From Octopus sinensis (lineage: Eukaryota): DNA of 64,000 nt. Each line of letters opens with the position of its first letter. The stretch's first letter is position 1. The stretch lies in assembly GCF_006345805.1 (NCBI RefSeq), contig NC_042998.1:156736001-156800000 (forward strand), given 5' to 3'. The position numbers and the translations under genes are program-made. Below, in pieces: positions 37,358 through 50,400 of this stretch. The notes under the pieces are model-generated. The model searched no databases and had not been told where the DNA came from. It saw only the letters and a list, made by a program, of their open reading frames with translations.

Positions 37358-39440
37358 ATATATATATATATATATATATACATATATACATACAACCTTA
37401 CATATGTAGATATATATGTGGGTGTGTGTATATCATCATCATCATCACTTAATGTCTGTGTTCCATGCTGGCATGGGTTAGATGGTTTAATAAGAGCTGC
37501 CCAGGCTCCATTTGTCTGTTTTGGCATGGTTCCTATGGCGAGATGCTCTTTCTAACACCAACCATTTTACAGAGTGTACTGGGTGATTTTATGCAATACT
37601 GGCATGGGTGTGTGTATGTGGCACTGGTATGAGTGTTTTTTTTTTGTGGCTCTGGCACCCATGAGCCTGTAAGGTTAGGAATACTAGCTGGAAAGGGATG
37701 CAGGGAACATACATATTCTTTTACTTGTTTCAGTCATCTGACTATGACTCTGCTGAACACCACCTTAAAAGGCTTTCTAGTTGAAGAAATTCACCCCAGG
37801 ACTTATTCTTTGTAAGCCTAGTACTTATTCTATCAGACTCTTTTGTTGAACCCCTAAGTTATGGGACATAAACACATTAACATCAGTTGTCAAGTGATGG
37901 TTGGGGCAAATACAGACACAAAGACACACTCATATAAATATATATATATTATATTGTTGTATTTCAGGATGGTAAATCAAAAAAAATTTTTGCCAAATAA
38001 ACACATGGATTATATATTTTCTCTTCACTTGTTTATTACTGATCTTATTTTATTATTTTAACTCATGTTCATTGTCCGGAAATCTTTCAAAAAGTGTCGC
38101 TGAAGAGGTCACAGATGTATGGCAAAAGATTTCCAGACAATGGACATGAGTTAAAATAATAAAATAAGAACAGTATTATAAGAGTTAAGAAAGAATATAT
38201 AGTGTAAGTGTTTATTTGGCAAAAAAAAAAAAATGATCATCGTGAAATACAACAATACCTGTTTCAACACATGATTTCACATTAGGAATCTTGCAAAAAT
38301 GATTTGATAAATGTGTATATATATATATATAAATATACACAACGGGCTTCTTATATGTACATGATAGGCTTCTTTCAGTTTACACTTACCAAATCCATTC
38401 ACAAGGCTTTGGTTGACCACTCACTATGGTGAAAGACACTTGCCCAATGTGCCATGCTATGGGATTGAACAGGGAATCATTTGGTTGGGAAGCAAACTTT
38501 TTGTCACAATACCGTGCTTGTGTCTCCACACACCTCATTTACAATTTTCCCCTTATCAGTTGCTATATTCCTTTGTATTTACACTGAATTTGTGACTCAT
38601 GGCAAAGAAAATATTGCCCAATGTTTATTTTCAAGAAATGCAGAATTCTGTTTATATAACTAAAATAGTTATGAAGTTTATAAAGATGACGTGGAATAAC
38701 CTTTTACACTTGAAGCTATGTCTTAGCTGAAATGAGTGAAGTGTGATTAACATGTGTTTTGATGTATACTAGATAATTTGATGTTAATCTTTTATTGAAT
38801 GTTCAGTCATTTCTCATTTCGGATCTGACATTTTTTATCTTTTACTTGTTTCAATCATTAGACTGTGGCTATGCTGGGGCACTGTCTTGAAGAATTTTTA
38901 GTCGAAGAAATCACCCCCAGTTATTTTTCTTTTTTTTTTTAAACCTGGTAGTTATTATGTCGATCTCTTATGCCAAACTGCTAAGTTATGGGGGCATAAA
39001 CACACCAACACTGGTTGTCAAGTGATGGTGAGGGACAAACACATATGTACACATGCACTCACATGTACACACATGCACTCATGTACACACACACACACAC
39101 ATGCACGCACACACATGATGGGCTTCTTTCATTTCTGTCTACCAAACCCACTCACAAGGCCTTGGTCAGCCTGAGGCTATAATAAAAGACACTTCCTCAA
39201 GGTATCATGCAGTGGGGCTGAACCCATAACTACGTGGTTGGGAAACAACCTTCTTACCACACAGCCATGCCTGAAGAACCAATTTCATATAGGAATATTG
39301 AACAGAAATACTTAGAAATGTGTAAAAGCATTTATTTTAATGACTATTGACACAGCTTTCCTGTCTTATCTTATTTGTTAATTGTCTTATTTTTCTTTGT
39401 TAGTTTTGTTGATTTTTACATGAGAATTTTTATTTTACAG

Positions 39441-39622
39441 ATATTCCAACAGAAACAGCAAACAAAATGTTGGCCTCAACAGGTTTTGTAGACACTGTAA
39501 AAGATGGAAATCAGTTTAAAATGACTACAGGTTATAAAGAAGATCCTTCATTAACTAAAATTTATAATTTCAAGTTGAATGAAACTTTCAGTGGAGTTGA
39601 CAACTTTGGAATAAAATTTAAA
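39441..39622 (+). CDS. FABP: FABP-like exon 2
   Basis: Acceptor tttttattttacag|, 182 nt open (2 nt + 60 codons), donor AA|gtcagt; contains the FKLNETF motif. Confidence 0.9.
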
Positions 39623-40032
39623 GTCAGTTCACTTTTTCATTTCATATATCATTATTATATTTATCAACTTGTTTCTTGTTAACTATTTCTACCATATACC
39701 ACACACACATACATGTACACACACATACAAATCACATGCACAGACAAACAACAGTCACCACACACACATACACATACTCCTTCCCATTTCACATTACCCA
39801 TACGCACATAACTGAACAATAACATTGACACAGACCTGACTGTGTTATATATGAGTATATAAGTATAGATATAATCTGAGTTCATTATATATAATCTGCT
39901 TTCATTGATTATGACAAATCAGCTACAATCTAATTCTATTTATGTTCTATTATTTAGTATTTTCTTACATTACAGTTTTGCAGAATGTCTCCTTACTTCA
40001 ACTATTAATATCCTGATGTTTTAATTTTCTAG

Positions 40033-40140
40033 CTGTTCTGTAAAGTTGAAGATAACAAAAATGGTATGATACATGTACTGATTATTATAATCATACAATT
40101 AAGAGTGTTCGAGAAATTGTTGATGGTTATTTTGATTGTT
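40033..40140 (+). CDS. FABP: FABP-like exon 3 (internal compensated frameshift)
   Basis: Acceptor ttaattttctag|, donor GTT|gtaact, 108 nt. The splice frame starts LFCKVEDNK, but the homologous TDYYNHTIKSVREIVDGY is in another frame. Confidence 0.75.
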
Positions 40141-40849
40141 GTAACTATAGATTGAATATTTTTATACAAAATATTTTGTGTGTGTGTGTGTGTGTGTATT
40201 TGAAATGAATTGAACTAGTTTCAGCTCACAAGCTGTGGCCATGTTGGGGCACCATGTATATGTATATATATATATATATATATATGTATATACACATACA
40301 TGTGTGTGTGTGTGCTTCTAAAAAAACAAATGTAAGGGTGTATATTTTATATATCTATGTGTATGTGTATATATATACGCACATATATATATATAGATAT
40401 ATGCATGTTGATGCATATGCATGTATGTGTGTATGTGTATGTATATGTATGTATGTGTGTATATATGTATGTGTGTATATATGTTTATTTGTATGTATAT
40501 ATGTATATGTTTGTGTATATATATATATGTATATATGTAAGAGTGAGAGCCAGATTGAAATTAAAACAATAAATATTATTTTGGTTTTGATGTATATATA
40601 ATTTATTTTTCTATGCCCGTATAGAGTTGGTTTCGTTTTTCGTGTTGCTTTATAAGTATTGATAAATAACGGTATATATAAGTGTATATATATATATATA
40701 ATATATATATATATATATGTGAGTATAGAAATAATGGGGTATATCTTATATATATAAAGCTGAAGTTTTCTGTGTGTGTGTGTATGGACAATTCCATAAA
40801 ACAGCAATTATCTTCTAAACCTTTCATCTGATTTTGTTGAAATTTTAAC

Positions 40850-41381
40850 AAGACTTCTGCCAATCACCCGCCCCCACCAACCACCCTTTTAAAAATTTTT
40901 TTTCGACACAGACCACCCCCTCCTTTCGCCTATGGGGAAGATGAATCTGCAAAAAAATGGGCAAAAATCAGTATTTTTAAATTACCACCCACCCCTATTC
41001 CCTTCATTTTTTACTTTTTTCAGAAATATTTTTTTTTTCAAAATATGTGGAAAAATACAGAGATTATGATTCTGAAAAAAATTTCCAAAGATTTTGGTAA
41101 AATTTTTTATAAGAATTTTTTTGGTTCCTAAATATGCAGAAAAATATGGACATTATGATCCAGACAAAAATTTCAAAACATTTCTGTAGTTACGGTTAGG
41201 GTTTTAGGGTTAGGGTTAGTGTTGGAGAAAAAGTAAAAATTGAAGAATTTGGAGGGGAAACGGGGGAAGAAAATTTCACAATGCCTTTATTTGGCAATTT
41301 TCCAAAACGTTAGGCAAAAAAAATTTTTTTTTAATAAACAAATTTGGGAGAAAATGTTGGGGTGTTAAGGGCAGAAGTCTT
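40850..41381. mobile_element. MITE-like repeat with short TIRs and an internal TTAGGG-like tract (related copies 575-829 and 32649-33115)
   Basis: Ends AAGACTTCTGCC / GGCAGAAGTCTT; shared internal blocks AAAAAATTTTTTTTCGACACA and TTTTGGCAATTTTCC; GGTTAGGGTT repeats. Confidence 0.6.
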
Positions 41382-42234
41382 TCCATTTTACAGAGCTTTG
41401 TCTGCCATCCAGCAAGGACCACATCTACTTATTTTTTTGAAAATCGATATTGCAGCCTGTTGAGCAGTGCAAGACGTGAGATGAGTTGTACCTACATGTG
41501 AGCTTTACTCAATCAGCTGTTAAGTGCACGCAAATATTGCATGAAAATGCTGCAGTAATTTAGGTATGAAAACAAGACATTTTTTATTGCTGGGCATAAA
41601 CGTTTTCTTAAGCAAATTTTCAAAAGTTTTTTTTTTACATTGGTTGGTAACATTAGAGTGGTCATTTTGTTATCTTATATAGTCAACGGATCTTTTCCTT
41701 TTGAACGGCACATGTCAATACAATTTCTAGTTAACTAAACACTTTTAAACTTCGTATACTGGTAGAATGTGTTTATAAAACATCATTTTTTCTTGGCTTT
41801 ATTGAGAAAATTCTATATGTTGTAACATATTTCCACTTTAATTTCAAGCATTTCGGCAATTTTAACCAATCGCTGACCTCCATTGACGTAAACAACATTC
41901 CGTGCTGTATGAATATGTCCTCGTTTAAGAAACAGATTGGGTTTATTTACATTTACGAAGAAAAAAAGATACCCTTCCCCCACCCCTAACCCCAACTCAC
42001 CCTAACTCTGACCCTAAATCTAAAATAAATTGAAATGCAATAGATCGATACTAGGGTTATAATTATGGGTGACAATTTCATACGACACTTCTACGGAAAA
42101 TGGGATTTTTTTCTAGCGGTGTCAAATGAAAATGTCACCCATAATTATAACCCTAGTATCAATCTATTGCATTTCAATCTATTTTAGATTTAGGGTTAGA
42201 GTTAGGATGAGTTAGGGTATAGTCTTCTAGCACA

Positions 42235-42640
42235 ACTAGAGAATGTAATGTACCAAGAAACTTCTTCAGGTTTCAAAAATACTTGCTTTGCCCTGTTCCC
42301 ATGGGTGCATAAATTGCAACCAGTCTGATAATCTTACCATGGTTGAATGTCAAGTCCATGACGACCAGCCTACCTTCTGGATCTGAAAAAATTAACTTTT
42401 TCTCAGAAACCCGGTTTGTTTTTAATAGGACCTTCACCCTGCCCCCGCTGTGAGGATAGCCCGAAGAGAAAAAGCTCTCATAACCATCCAATAGTGGGAG
42501 GAGATCTTTTGGCCCCCTTAACCGGGTTTCCGTAGCAACAGTGACATCCAAATTATGCGACCTGATGTCATTAAGGAAGCGACCTTGTTTCCAGCTTGAC
42601 ACAAGGCCATACAACCTACATGAATACTAGACATTACTTA
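42235..42640 (-). mobile_element. L1/Tx1-like APE endonuclease N-terminal fragment
   Basis: GLVSSWKQGRFLNDI...ATETRL...DPEGRLVVMDL...AIYAP. Confidence 0.7.
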
Positions 42641-43031
42641 CCTTGTTATCAGTGGTTCGAAGCGCCTTCATTCTCGTTCTCTTTTTCCTTTTCTCGAACT
42701 CGTGGCATATTTAGCCGTAAGCCCTTGAAAATGTGAGGTGAATAATCCAACCTCAGAGGACCTACGTTATGAAAACATACCAATTTAATGCGGCCGTAAT
42801 CCTTCCGGCCTATCTTATAAATTAAAAAGTCTTTACATTATTTACATTTGAAGGATATTTGTCCTCATCTTGTTTGTTGTAAACACAACGTTTCAGTTGA
42901 TATACCCTCCAGCCTTCATCAGGTGTCTTGGGGAAATTTTGAACCTGGGTTCTCATTCCTAAGGTATTTTTCAATGTTGTTGTTGTTGTTATTATTATTA
43001 TTTAGGTCACTGCTTGGAATCGAACTTGGAA

Positions 43032-43035
<4 letters not shown>

Positions 43036-43079
<44 letters not shown>

Positions 43080-43126
43080 TAATAATAATAATAATAATAA
43101 TGATAATAATAATAATAATAATAATG

Positions 43127-43177
<51 letters not shown>

Positions 43178-43190
43178 GTAATAATAATAA
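43036..43190. repeat. (AAT)n microsatellite
   Basis: Direct inspection. Confidence 0.98.
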
Positions 43191-43236
43191 CATTAAAAAA
43201 TACCTTAGGAATGAGAATCCAGGTTCAAAATTTCCC

Positions 43237-43282
43237 CAAGACACCTGATGAAGGCTGGAAGGTATATCAGCCGAAACGTGTT
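43237..43282 (+). ncRNA. Hammerhead motif (CUGAUGA); inverted copy 42882-42930 on - strand
   Basis: CAAGACAC CTGATGA A GGCTG...CAGCC GAAA CG. The minus copy keeps CG TT GTGTT (GUU site, stem I) but has a mismatched stem II; the plus copy has a 3-nt deletion at the site. Confidence 0.7.
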
Positions 43283-43379
43283 AACAACAAACAAAATGAG
43301 GACAAATATCCATCAAATGTAAATAATGTACATAATACTTCATCTCTTAAATATAGAACTGTAAAAAGTCAATGTCTTC

Positions 43380-45170
43380 AACTCATTTAACTGCAACTCG
43401 GACAACATGCAGTAGTGCTGCCGCAACTGCTGCCACAAGAGCTGCAGAGACACCTGACTAACGCGCATCTCGAAATACACACAATAACTGTAGAGACACC
43501 TGATCAGCGTGCATCTCGAAATATACACAATACTGCTGTGACTACTGCCACAAGAGCTGCAGAAACACTTGAACAAGGCATGCGTTGCCAGGTTTCTGAT
43601 TGTGCTTATAGAACTGCTGCTATATCTTCTGAAACAGTGGCTGAAAGAACTACTCGCCTTCAAACAATTGCGAATCATAAAGCCGTTCTACTTGGTGCAT
43701 TGAAGCCAACGAGGAATAGATGGACCTTTAAAGCCTTCCAATATGATCCCTCTGAAAATTATGCTGACCACAAAGATGTTACCATTGGTCGTATCTCCAA
43801 AACCTGTCTACACTGTAATGCCCTAACTTGGCTGGGAGAGCCTATTGGTCTATGCCGCACAAATGGAAAGGTCTGTCTACCCAACACCCCTGAAACTCCA
43901 CAGCCTTTAAAGTCCCTTCTGCTTGGTGAGCATCCTTATTCTCACGATTTCATGAACCGAATACGGGCATATAATTCTGCATTTCAAATGCCAAGTTTTG
44001 GTCATAAGTCCATTTCATACAGAAATTTTAATCCCACTTTTACCATTCAGGGACAAGTTTATCATTTAATCGGCTCTCTTCAACCAACAGATGACTCACC
44101 TCATAGTTTTCTTCAGATAAACTTCATTGGACCAGAGACTGAGCAAATCACATGTAGAGTTGCTTTTGCTGCAGGCATAGATGCGGCTGTTCTTGGACCT
44201 CTTCAGTAAATGCTTCATGAGCATAAGCACTATGTCAACCAATTAAAAACGGCTATTCAACAACGCTGGGCAGATAATGCCAACTTCAAGGTTGTTATTA
44301 GAAGTGACAGGACTCCTGTTGGAGAACAAATAAGTGTCTCTCAGTCGATCTCCGACGAAGCTTCGTCATTTATTCACCATTATGCTGGTTTTCTGCAACT
44401 TGGTTAACGCGCTTTCATTGTGGAATAAAAACAGGGACCACATGTGCCACGATATATGACTTCAATCCTGTCAGGCCACTAAAAATTCCACCACTGCTTT
44501 TACCCTCTCTGTGTATAATGCAGGTCTTATTCTCTTGGAGGAATTGGTTGTGGCAACTGGAGGCCAAAGTTTGGAGGCATACTGCCTTCCTTCTCCAGAT
44601 TGAATCCAAACGCAAACCTTTAATCGACATATCCTTAAAGAAACATGCTATGACAAAACCAAATTTCGAAAATACATATCTGTCAATGAGCCACTCCTCA
44701 ATCAAGATCTAAAATATGTTTACAAATCTGTTTTTCACAAGGTACATAGCAATAAAGGTGGGATCATCTTCATAGATGCACCTGGGGGGACAGGAAAAAC
44801 TTTTTTGCTTAACTTTATTCTTTCTAATATAAGACAAAATGGTGACATTGCACATGCTGTTGCCTCCTTCGTGGGTGGACAGCACACTTGACCTTCAAGA
44901 TACCTTTGAACGTTGTCCATCAAGAAAACCCTATTTGCAATATTTCACATTCTTCTGATGAAACTACACTGCTGAAAAAATGTAAATTAATTGTTTGGGA
45001 TGAGGTGACCATGTCCCATAAAACCTCTTTTCAGGCACTAGATGCCAGAATGAAAGATCTCAGTTCAAACGACAATGTTTTAGAGGAGCCGTTTTTCTTC
45101 TCAAAGGTGACTTCAAACAGACAGTTCCCATTGTACCAAATGGATCACTTGCTGATGAAGTCTTTCTAAA
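43380..45170 (+). mobile_element. Helitron RepHel remnant
   Basis: CLHCNALTW...NGKVCLP...IRAYNSAFQM...FTIQGQVYHLIGSL; downstream DAPGGTGKTFLL (Walker A) and LIVWDEVTMSHK of a Pif1-like helicase. Confidence 0.9.
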
Positions 45171-45174
45171 ATTT

Positions 45175-46647
45175 TCTTACCTGTATCAGCTTACTTCTTG
45201 GAGTTGTAATGAGTCATCTGACTCTTGAACATGAGAAAGTTGATTAATGGTTCCCACAAATTCACTAGTCTTTCAAGGCTCAGGCCTTTTGACAACCATC
45301 TTACTTCTGTGTGAAGCAATAGGGTTTTAAAGTCTTCATCTTTACAGAATTGCATAAAAAATCTATTATTCACTGAGTTTGATTTGACAAAGTTAATTGC
45401 ATGTATGGCAGTGTTGAGTGCTTCTTCCATGTGTCCTCCAATATTCTTAGCAACCAAATGCTGTCTGTGGATAATGCAATGTATATAAAAAATGTGAGGA
45501 GCAACTGATTTCAATCTAGAAACAAAGCCTTTCACTTTCCAGTCATGGCTGTAGCTCCATCTGATGCAATGTTGATCAAATTAGTCAATGGAATATTTTT
45601 ATCATTAAGATACTGCATTACTTCATTGAATATATTTTCTCCATTAGTAGTTTCAGGCAAACTTTTAATGAATAACATTTTTTCCCCTATATCATCTTCA
45701 TGGATGAATCTGACATAGACCAGAAGGATAGCTTGGTTATGAATTGTGAAAAATTTGTCTTTTGGAGAATTTCCACAATCTTCCTCAACAAAATTAGACA
45801 TTTCATCTTGTCTTCTTGTAATTGTGTTATTTGAAAGTAGAATTGTACTCTGAGTAGATGCAGCATCTTTTCTCAGAACCTCATTTGCACAAGCAGACTT
45901 GACAAGTTTCTCACCATAAATCTGAGGTGCTGCAACCTTGGCAATAACTTCAGAGACCAAATAACCTGGTTTGAGTATCTTTGCTTTTTCAGTATTTATC
46001 TTCTTTACAAAGTCGGGTAGTTTGATTAGCTGTATTTTCTTTTTATTCTCAAAATATTCCTTACCTTTACCAACAGATAATAGATGCCTTAATTTTTGGT
46101 GCTGTTCCAGCTTAACTTTCTTCATGGACTGATTTTTCATGATGGCATCACATTCAAGACACATAGGTTTTGAGTCTACAGATATAAAACCAAACATGAT
46201 AAAATCTTCTTTGTAGTTCCTCAGTTTTGCCTTTTTAGCAGTTGGTTCAGACATTATTACAACTGATCTTAAAAAAAATTAAAATAATAAGTATTTTATT
46301 TCTATAAATTAAAAGTATCAATTTTATTATTAAACAATATTATGTAGTGATCTATTAAAAATATCAAATTTATTTATTATGAAACTGTTGTGATTGTAAA
46401 ATTTAAATTATGTAATTCTTGATTGTAATATATTATTGATTATATATTATATATTATTGATTCTAATGGAATAATTATTGAATTCTGTTTTCTTATTATT
46501 ATTCTGTCTTCTTATAAATTATTATTAACTAACAGTGTCTTTATTATCGAATAATATTGTGTAGATCTGAAATGGCTTCAATTTTTTATGGCTACAAATT
46601 CTCTGGGGACCACCAGTGGGCCCCAGGGACCACATTGGGAATCACTG
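45175..46647 (-). mobile_element. hAT (Buster/Charlie-like) transposon, 3'-truncated
   Basis: 5' terminus CAGTGATTCCCAATGTGGTCCC at 46647; ORFs LRNYKEDFIMFGF...PMCLEC...IASDGATAMTG and HCIIHRQHL...LLHTEVRWLSKG. Confidence 0.9.
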
Positions 46648-46739
46648 CATTAGACCACAACCATAACCCAACCCATCCTACTAACACCACCCAGAATACT
46701 ACCATAACTTCCACCACCCTTACAGATAGAATAATTAAC

Positions 46740-47155
46740 AACAATGACTACAATAATAATAACAATAATATTAATAATACTTAAACCTTTCTACCCCCAT
46801 CTCTAACCTATCCTCTGACAATATTACCTCCTCCATTCCTGAAAACAATTCCCAAAATACACTCACTTGTAACTGCCGTCCTGAGTCCATCTGCCCTCTA
46901 CAAACCCATTGTAGAAGATCTAATGTAATTTATAAATGTACTGTCCTCAACACACTACACAATTCTACAGCTATATATATAGGATCAACCATAAATTTTA
47001 AACACCAATATGCTGCTCATCTCAGTTCTTTTAGGTGTAAGAAACACAGTGAATCCACAACACTTACCATTCACATACATCATCTCAAAAATAGAAATAT
47101 TCCCTACACTTTGTCATGGTCCATAATAGATTCAGGGCTTCCATACCAAGGTTAA
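46740..47155 (+). mobile_element. Penelope-like GIY-YIG fragment
   Basis: 46865-47155 reads TCNCRPESICPLQTHCRRSNVIYKCTV...YIGSTINFKHQYAAHLSSF...YTLSWSII. Confidence 0.8.
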
Positions 47156-47445
47156 CACTTAACACTACTAAATAAATATGAGACCCTAAGTACATACAAC
47201 CACTGTTTTCTTCATAGCTTCAAATTTTACCACAAATCTAAATGCAACCTAAATAACTGCACAGGTAACACCCCACAGGTAATCCCCAACAACCCTACTT
47301 ATCTCCATTTTAATTTTTACTCTTTAATTAACTCCCCTAGGATCACAATCATTTAATACTACATATAGGGACATCCAAGCGGGTACAAGTGTGTATGTGT
47401 AAACGTGTGTACAGGTATTTATGTATGTATTTGTGTTTGGGTTTA

Positions 47446-47485
<40 letters not shown>

Positions 47486-47486
<1 letters not shown>

Positions 47487-50400
47487 GGAATGGCTAAAAG
47501 TTAAGTGAATCGTCCAACCTCGCTACGACTACCTTCTTTCTTGCACTTATTCTTATTCTTTCTCTATTCTTCAATTTCCATCTCATTGTATTGTCCCTCA
47601 TTCTTTCAGTATTCCCTCATTACCCTGTCTAGCTCAAACATTTTTTTCGTTTAGACTTGTCTACAGGTTCATAGCCACTCTGATTTTTCAATTTTTCGTT
47701 TAGTATTGTCTCCCGATTCATACAAACCCATTTGCTAGCTCATACGATTAACAGAACCTCTTTACTCAGCTACGGTGCACCCAGCTACGGTGCACCCGCC
47801 CTCCCACCCCCACCACGCATGCTGGAAGTTCCTATTCTCTGCCATTCCAGGGTTGCTTCCCATGAAGACTGCAAATGCTCTCACCATCCCTACCCCTCCC
47901 TACCCCTAGTCTCGACCTATGTAAGGTAATGTCCATACAGTGCAAAATATGAAAGGCTAGCGTTATGCAGGTTGTACTGAAGGCTACTTTACTACTTCAT
48001 TTCTTGCACATGAATTCTGCCAAATGCGAGCTTTCTTTTCAGGTACACGAAGCTACTGTCCACCGTCCCAGGGTCTCTAGAGCCCATGCCTCCCACACCC
48101 TCAGGGTTGGCACCCTCAACATTGGCACTCTGAAAGGTAGGTCTGGTGAGATAGTCGAGATGCTTGAACGGAGATGTGTGGATATATGTTGCATGCAAGA
48201 AATAAGGTGGAGAGGAGGATCAGCTAGGTTCCTCACAGGCAAGGAACGCAGGTACAAGATTTTCTGGGCAGGGAACACTGACGGGGTTGGTGGCGTGGGT
48301 ATACTTATCGCTGAGAAATGGGTAGATAAAGTAATTGAGGTAATCAGAGTATGTGACAGAATACTTAAGATTAGATTAGTGCTTCATCATAGTTTAGCAA
48401 CCATTATATCAGCCTATGCTCCTCAGTCGGGGCTACCCGATGGACAGAAAGACCGATTCTATGACACTCTACTGCAGACTACCTCGTTGACGAACGACAG
48501 AGACCTTATCTTTGTGGCTGGTGACTTCAATGGTCACGTTGGACGACATGCTGGGGGCTTCCATGGCGTACATGGAGGCTATGGCTATGGCTCCCGCAAC
48601 GAGGAGGGAACCAGGCTGCTGGAGTTCTGCGATGCAAATAATCTTATGATTTGCAACACTAACTTCAGGAAACCTTCCAGCCACCTAGTCACTTACCAAT
48701 CGGGCCAACATACCAGCCAAATTGACTACATCCTTACAAGGCAAAGGGAGAGATGGCTGCTTATAAATGCCAAAACCTTCCCAGGTGAAGAATGTACCCC
48801 ACAACATAGACTGGTAGTTAGTGACTTTAGGATCAGGACTAGGAGGACAACCAGAAGACGACAAATATGGAGGAGAAGGATCTGGAAGCTTAAAGATCCT
48901 GCAAATGGACAGAGATTTAGGGACATATTACTTGAAGCCTCTGACGAAGTAGAAGGGGATAGAGCATCACAGGGGGTAGAAGACAGCTGGACGTTTCTAA
49001 GGGACAACCTGCTGAGAGCCACTGACCAGATCTGTGGCTGGTGCAAAGTCCCCTCTCGACCTAGAATAACGTGGTGGTGGAACAATATTGTAGACAGGGC
49101 TATTAGAGAAAAGAGACAGGCTTGGAAGGTTTGGAAAAATGGGGGTAGCAGGGAATTGTATCAGACTGCCAAAAGAGAAGCTAGGAGACAGGTTTATTTA
49201 GCCAGAGGGGAAGCAGATAAGAAAAAATTTGCCAATGTTCTCCGCCGTGAGGACCAAAGACTGGAGGTGTTTCGTGTTGCAAGACAGTGTGTGAGAGAGA
49301 ATCGTGATGTGGTAGGAGAGAAGTGTGTTCGCATGGAAGATGGTTCACTTGCGCTAAATGAGGATGCAAAGAGAGAGGTTTGGAGATGCCACTATGAAAG
49401 GTTGCTGAATGAAGAAAATGAATGGGATAAAGTGAGTCTGCCGAATGTTGACCCAACAGAGGGACCAGCTATCCGAGTTGATAGTTCCGTGGTAGCTAAG
49501 GCAATTAGAAGCATGAAGACAGGGAAAGCCCCAGGCCCATCAGGAATCACTGCATAGATGCTCAAAATGTCTGGTAGTGTCGGCTATAGCCTAGTCACCC
49601 GTATAGTTAATCAGGTGATACACAAAGGGGTCATACCCAATGACTGGTGTAGCAGTATAATAGTCAACTGCTACAAAGGTAAAGGTGATGCCCTAGATAC
49701 AAATAACTACAGAGGTATCAAGCTGTTGGACCAGGTGATGAAGGTTACGGAGAGGGTCATAGCCCAACTAATTAGAGAGAGAGTTAGTTTAGATGAGATG
49801 CAGTTTGGGTTTGTGCCAGGGAAAAGTACTACTGATGCTATATTCCTGGTAAGGCAGCTGCAGGAGAAATACCTAGCCAAAGATAAGCCCCTGTACCTGG
49901 CTTTTGTTGACATGGAGAAAGCCTTCGACAGGGTCCCCCGATCCCTTATCTGGTGGGCAATGAGGAAACTAGGGATAGATGAATGGTTAGTGAGAGCTGT
50001 GCGGGCCATGTATAGGGACGCCGCTAGTAGGGTGAGGGTTGGAAATGAGTACAGTGAAGAATTCCGGGTAGAGGTAGGAGTCCACCAAGGCTTAGTACTC
50101 AGCCCCCTCCTATTTATCATAGTCCTCCAGGCAATAACGGAGGAATTCAAGACAGGATGCCCTTGGGAGCTCCTCTATGCTGATGACCTTGCTCTAATTG
50201 CTGAGTCGCTATCAGAACTGGAGGAGAAGTTTCAGGTGTGGAAACAAGGATTAGAATCAAAGGGCCTCAGAGTCAATCTAGCTAAAACCAAAGTCGTAAT
50301 CAGTAGGAAGGTAGACAAATCACAAACACCTTCAGGTAGATGGCCCTGCTCGATCTGTAGAAAAGGTGTAGGTAGAAACTCTATAAGATGCACCAAGTGT

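Noticed and set aside
47921-48042. Apparent GT-AG intron in the RTE 5' region (TAT|GTAAGG ... TTTTCAG|) that would fuse an upstream ATG in frame
   Set aside because: The unspliced sequence already gives an open frame from ATG 47965, and a retrotransposed copy should lose an efficiently spliced intron. There is no transcript evidence.
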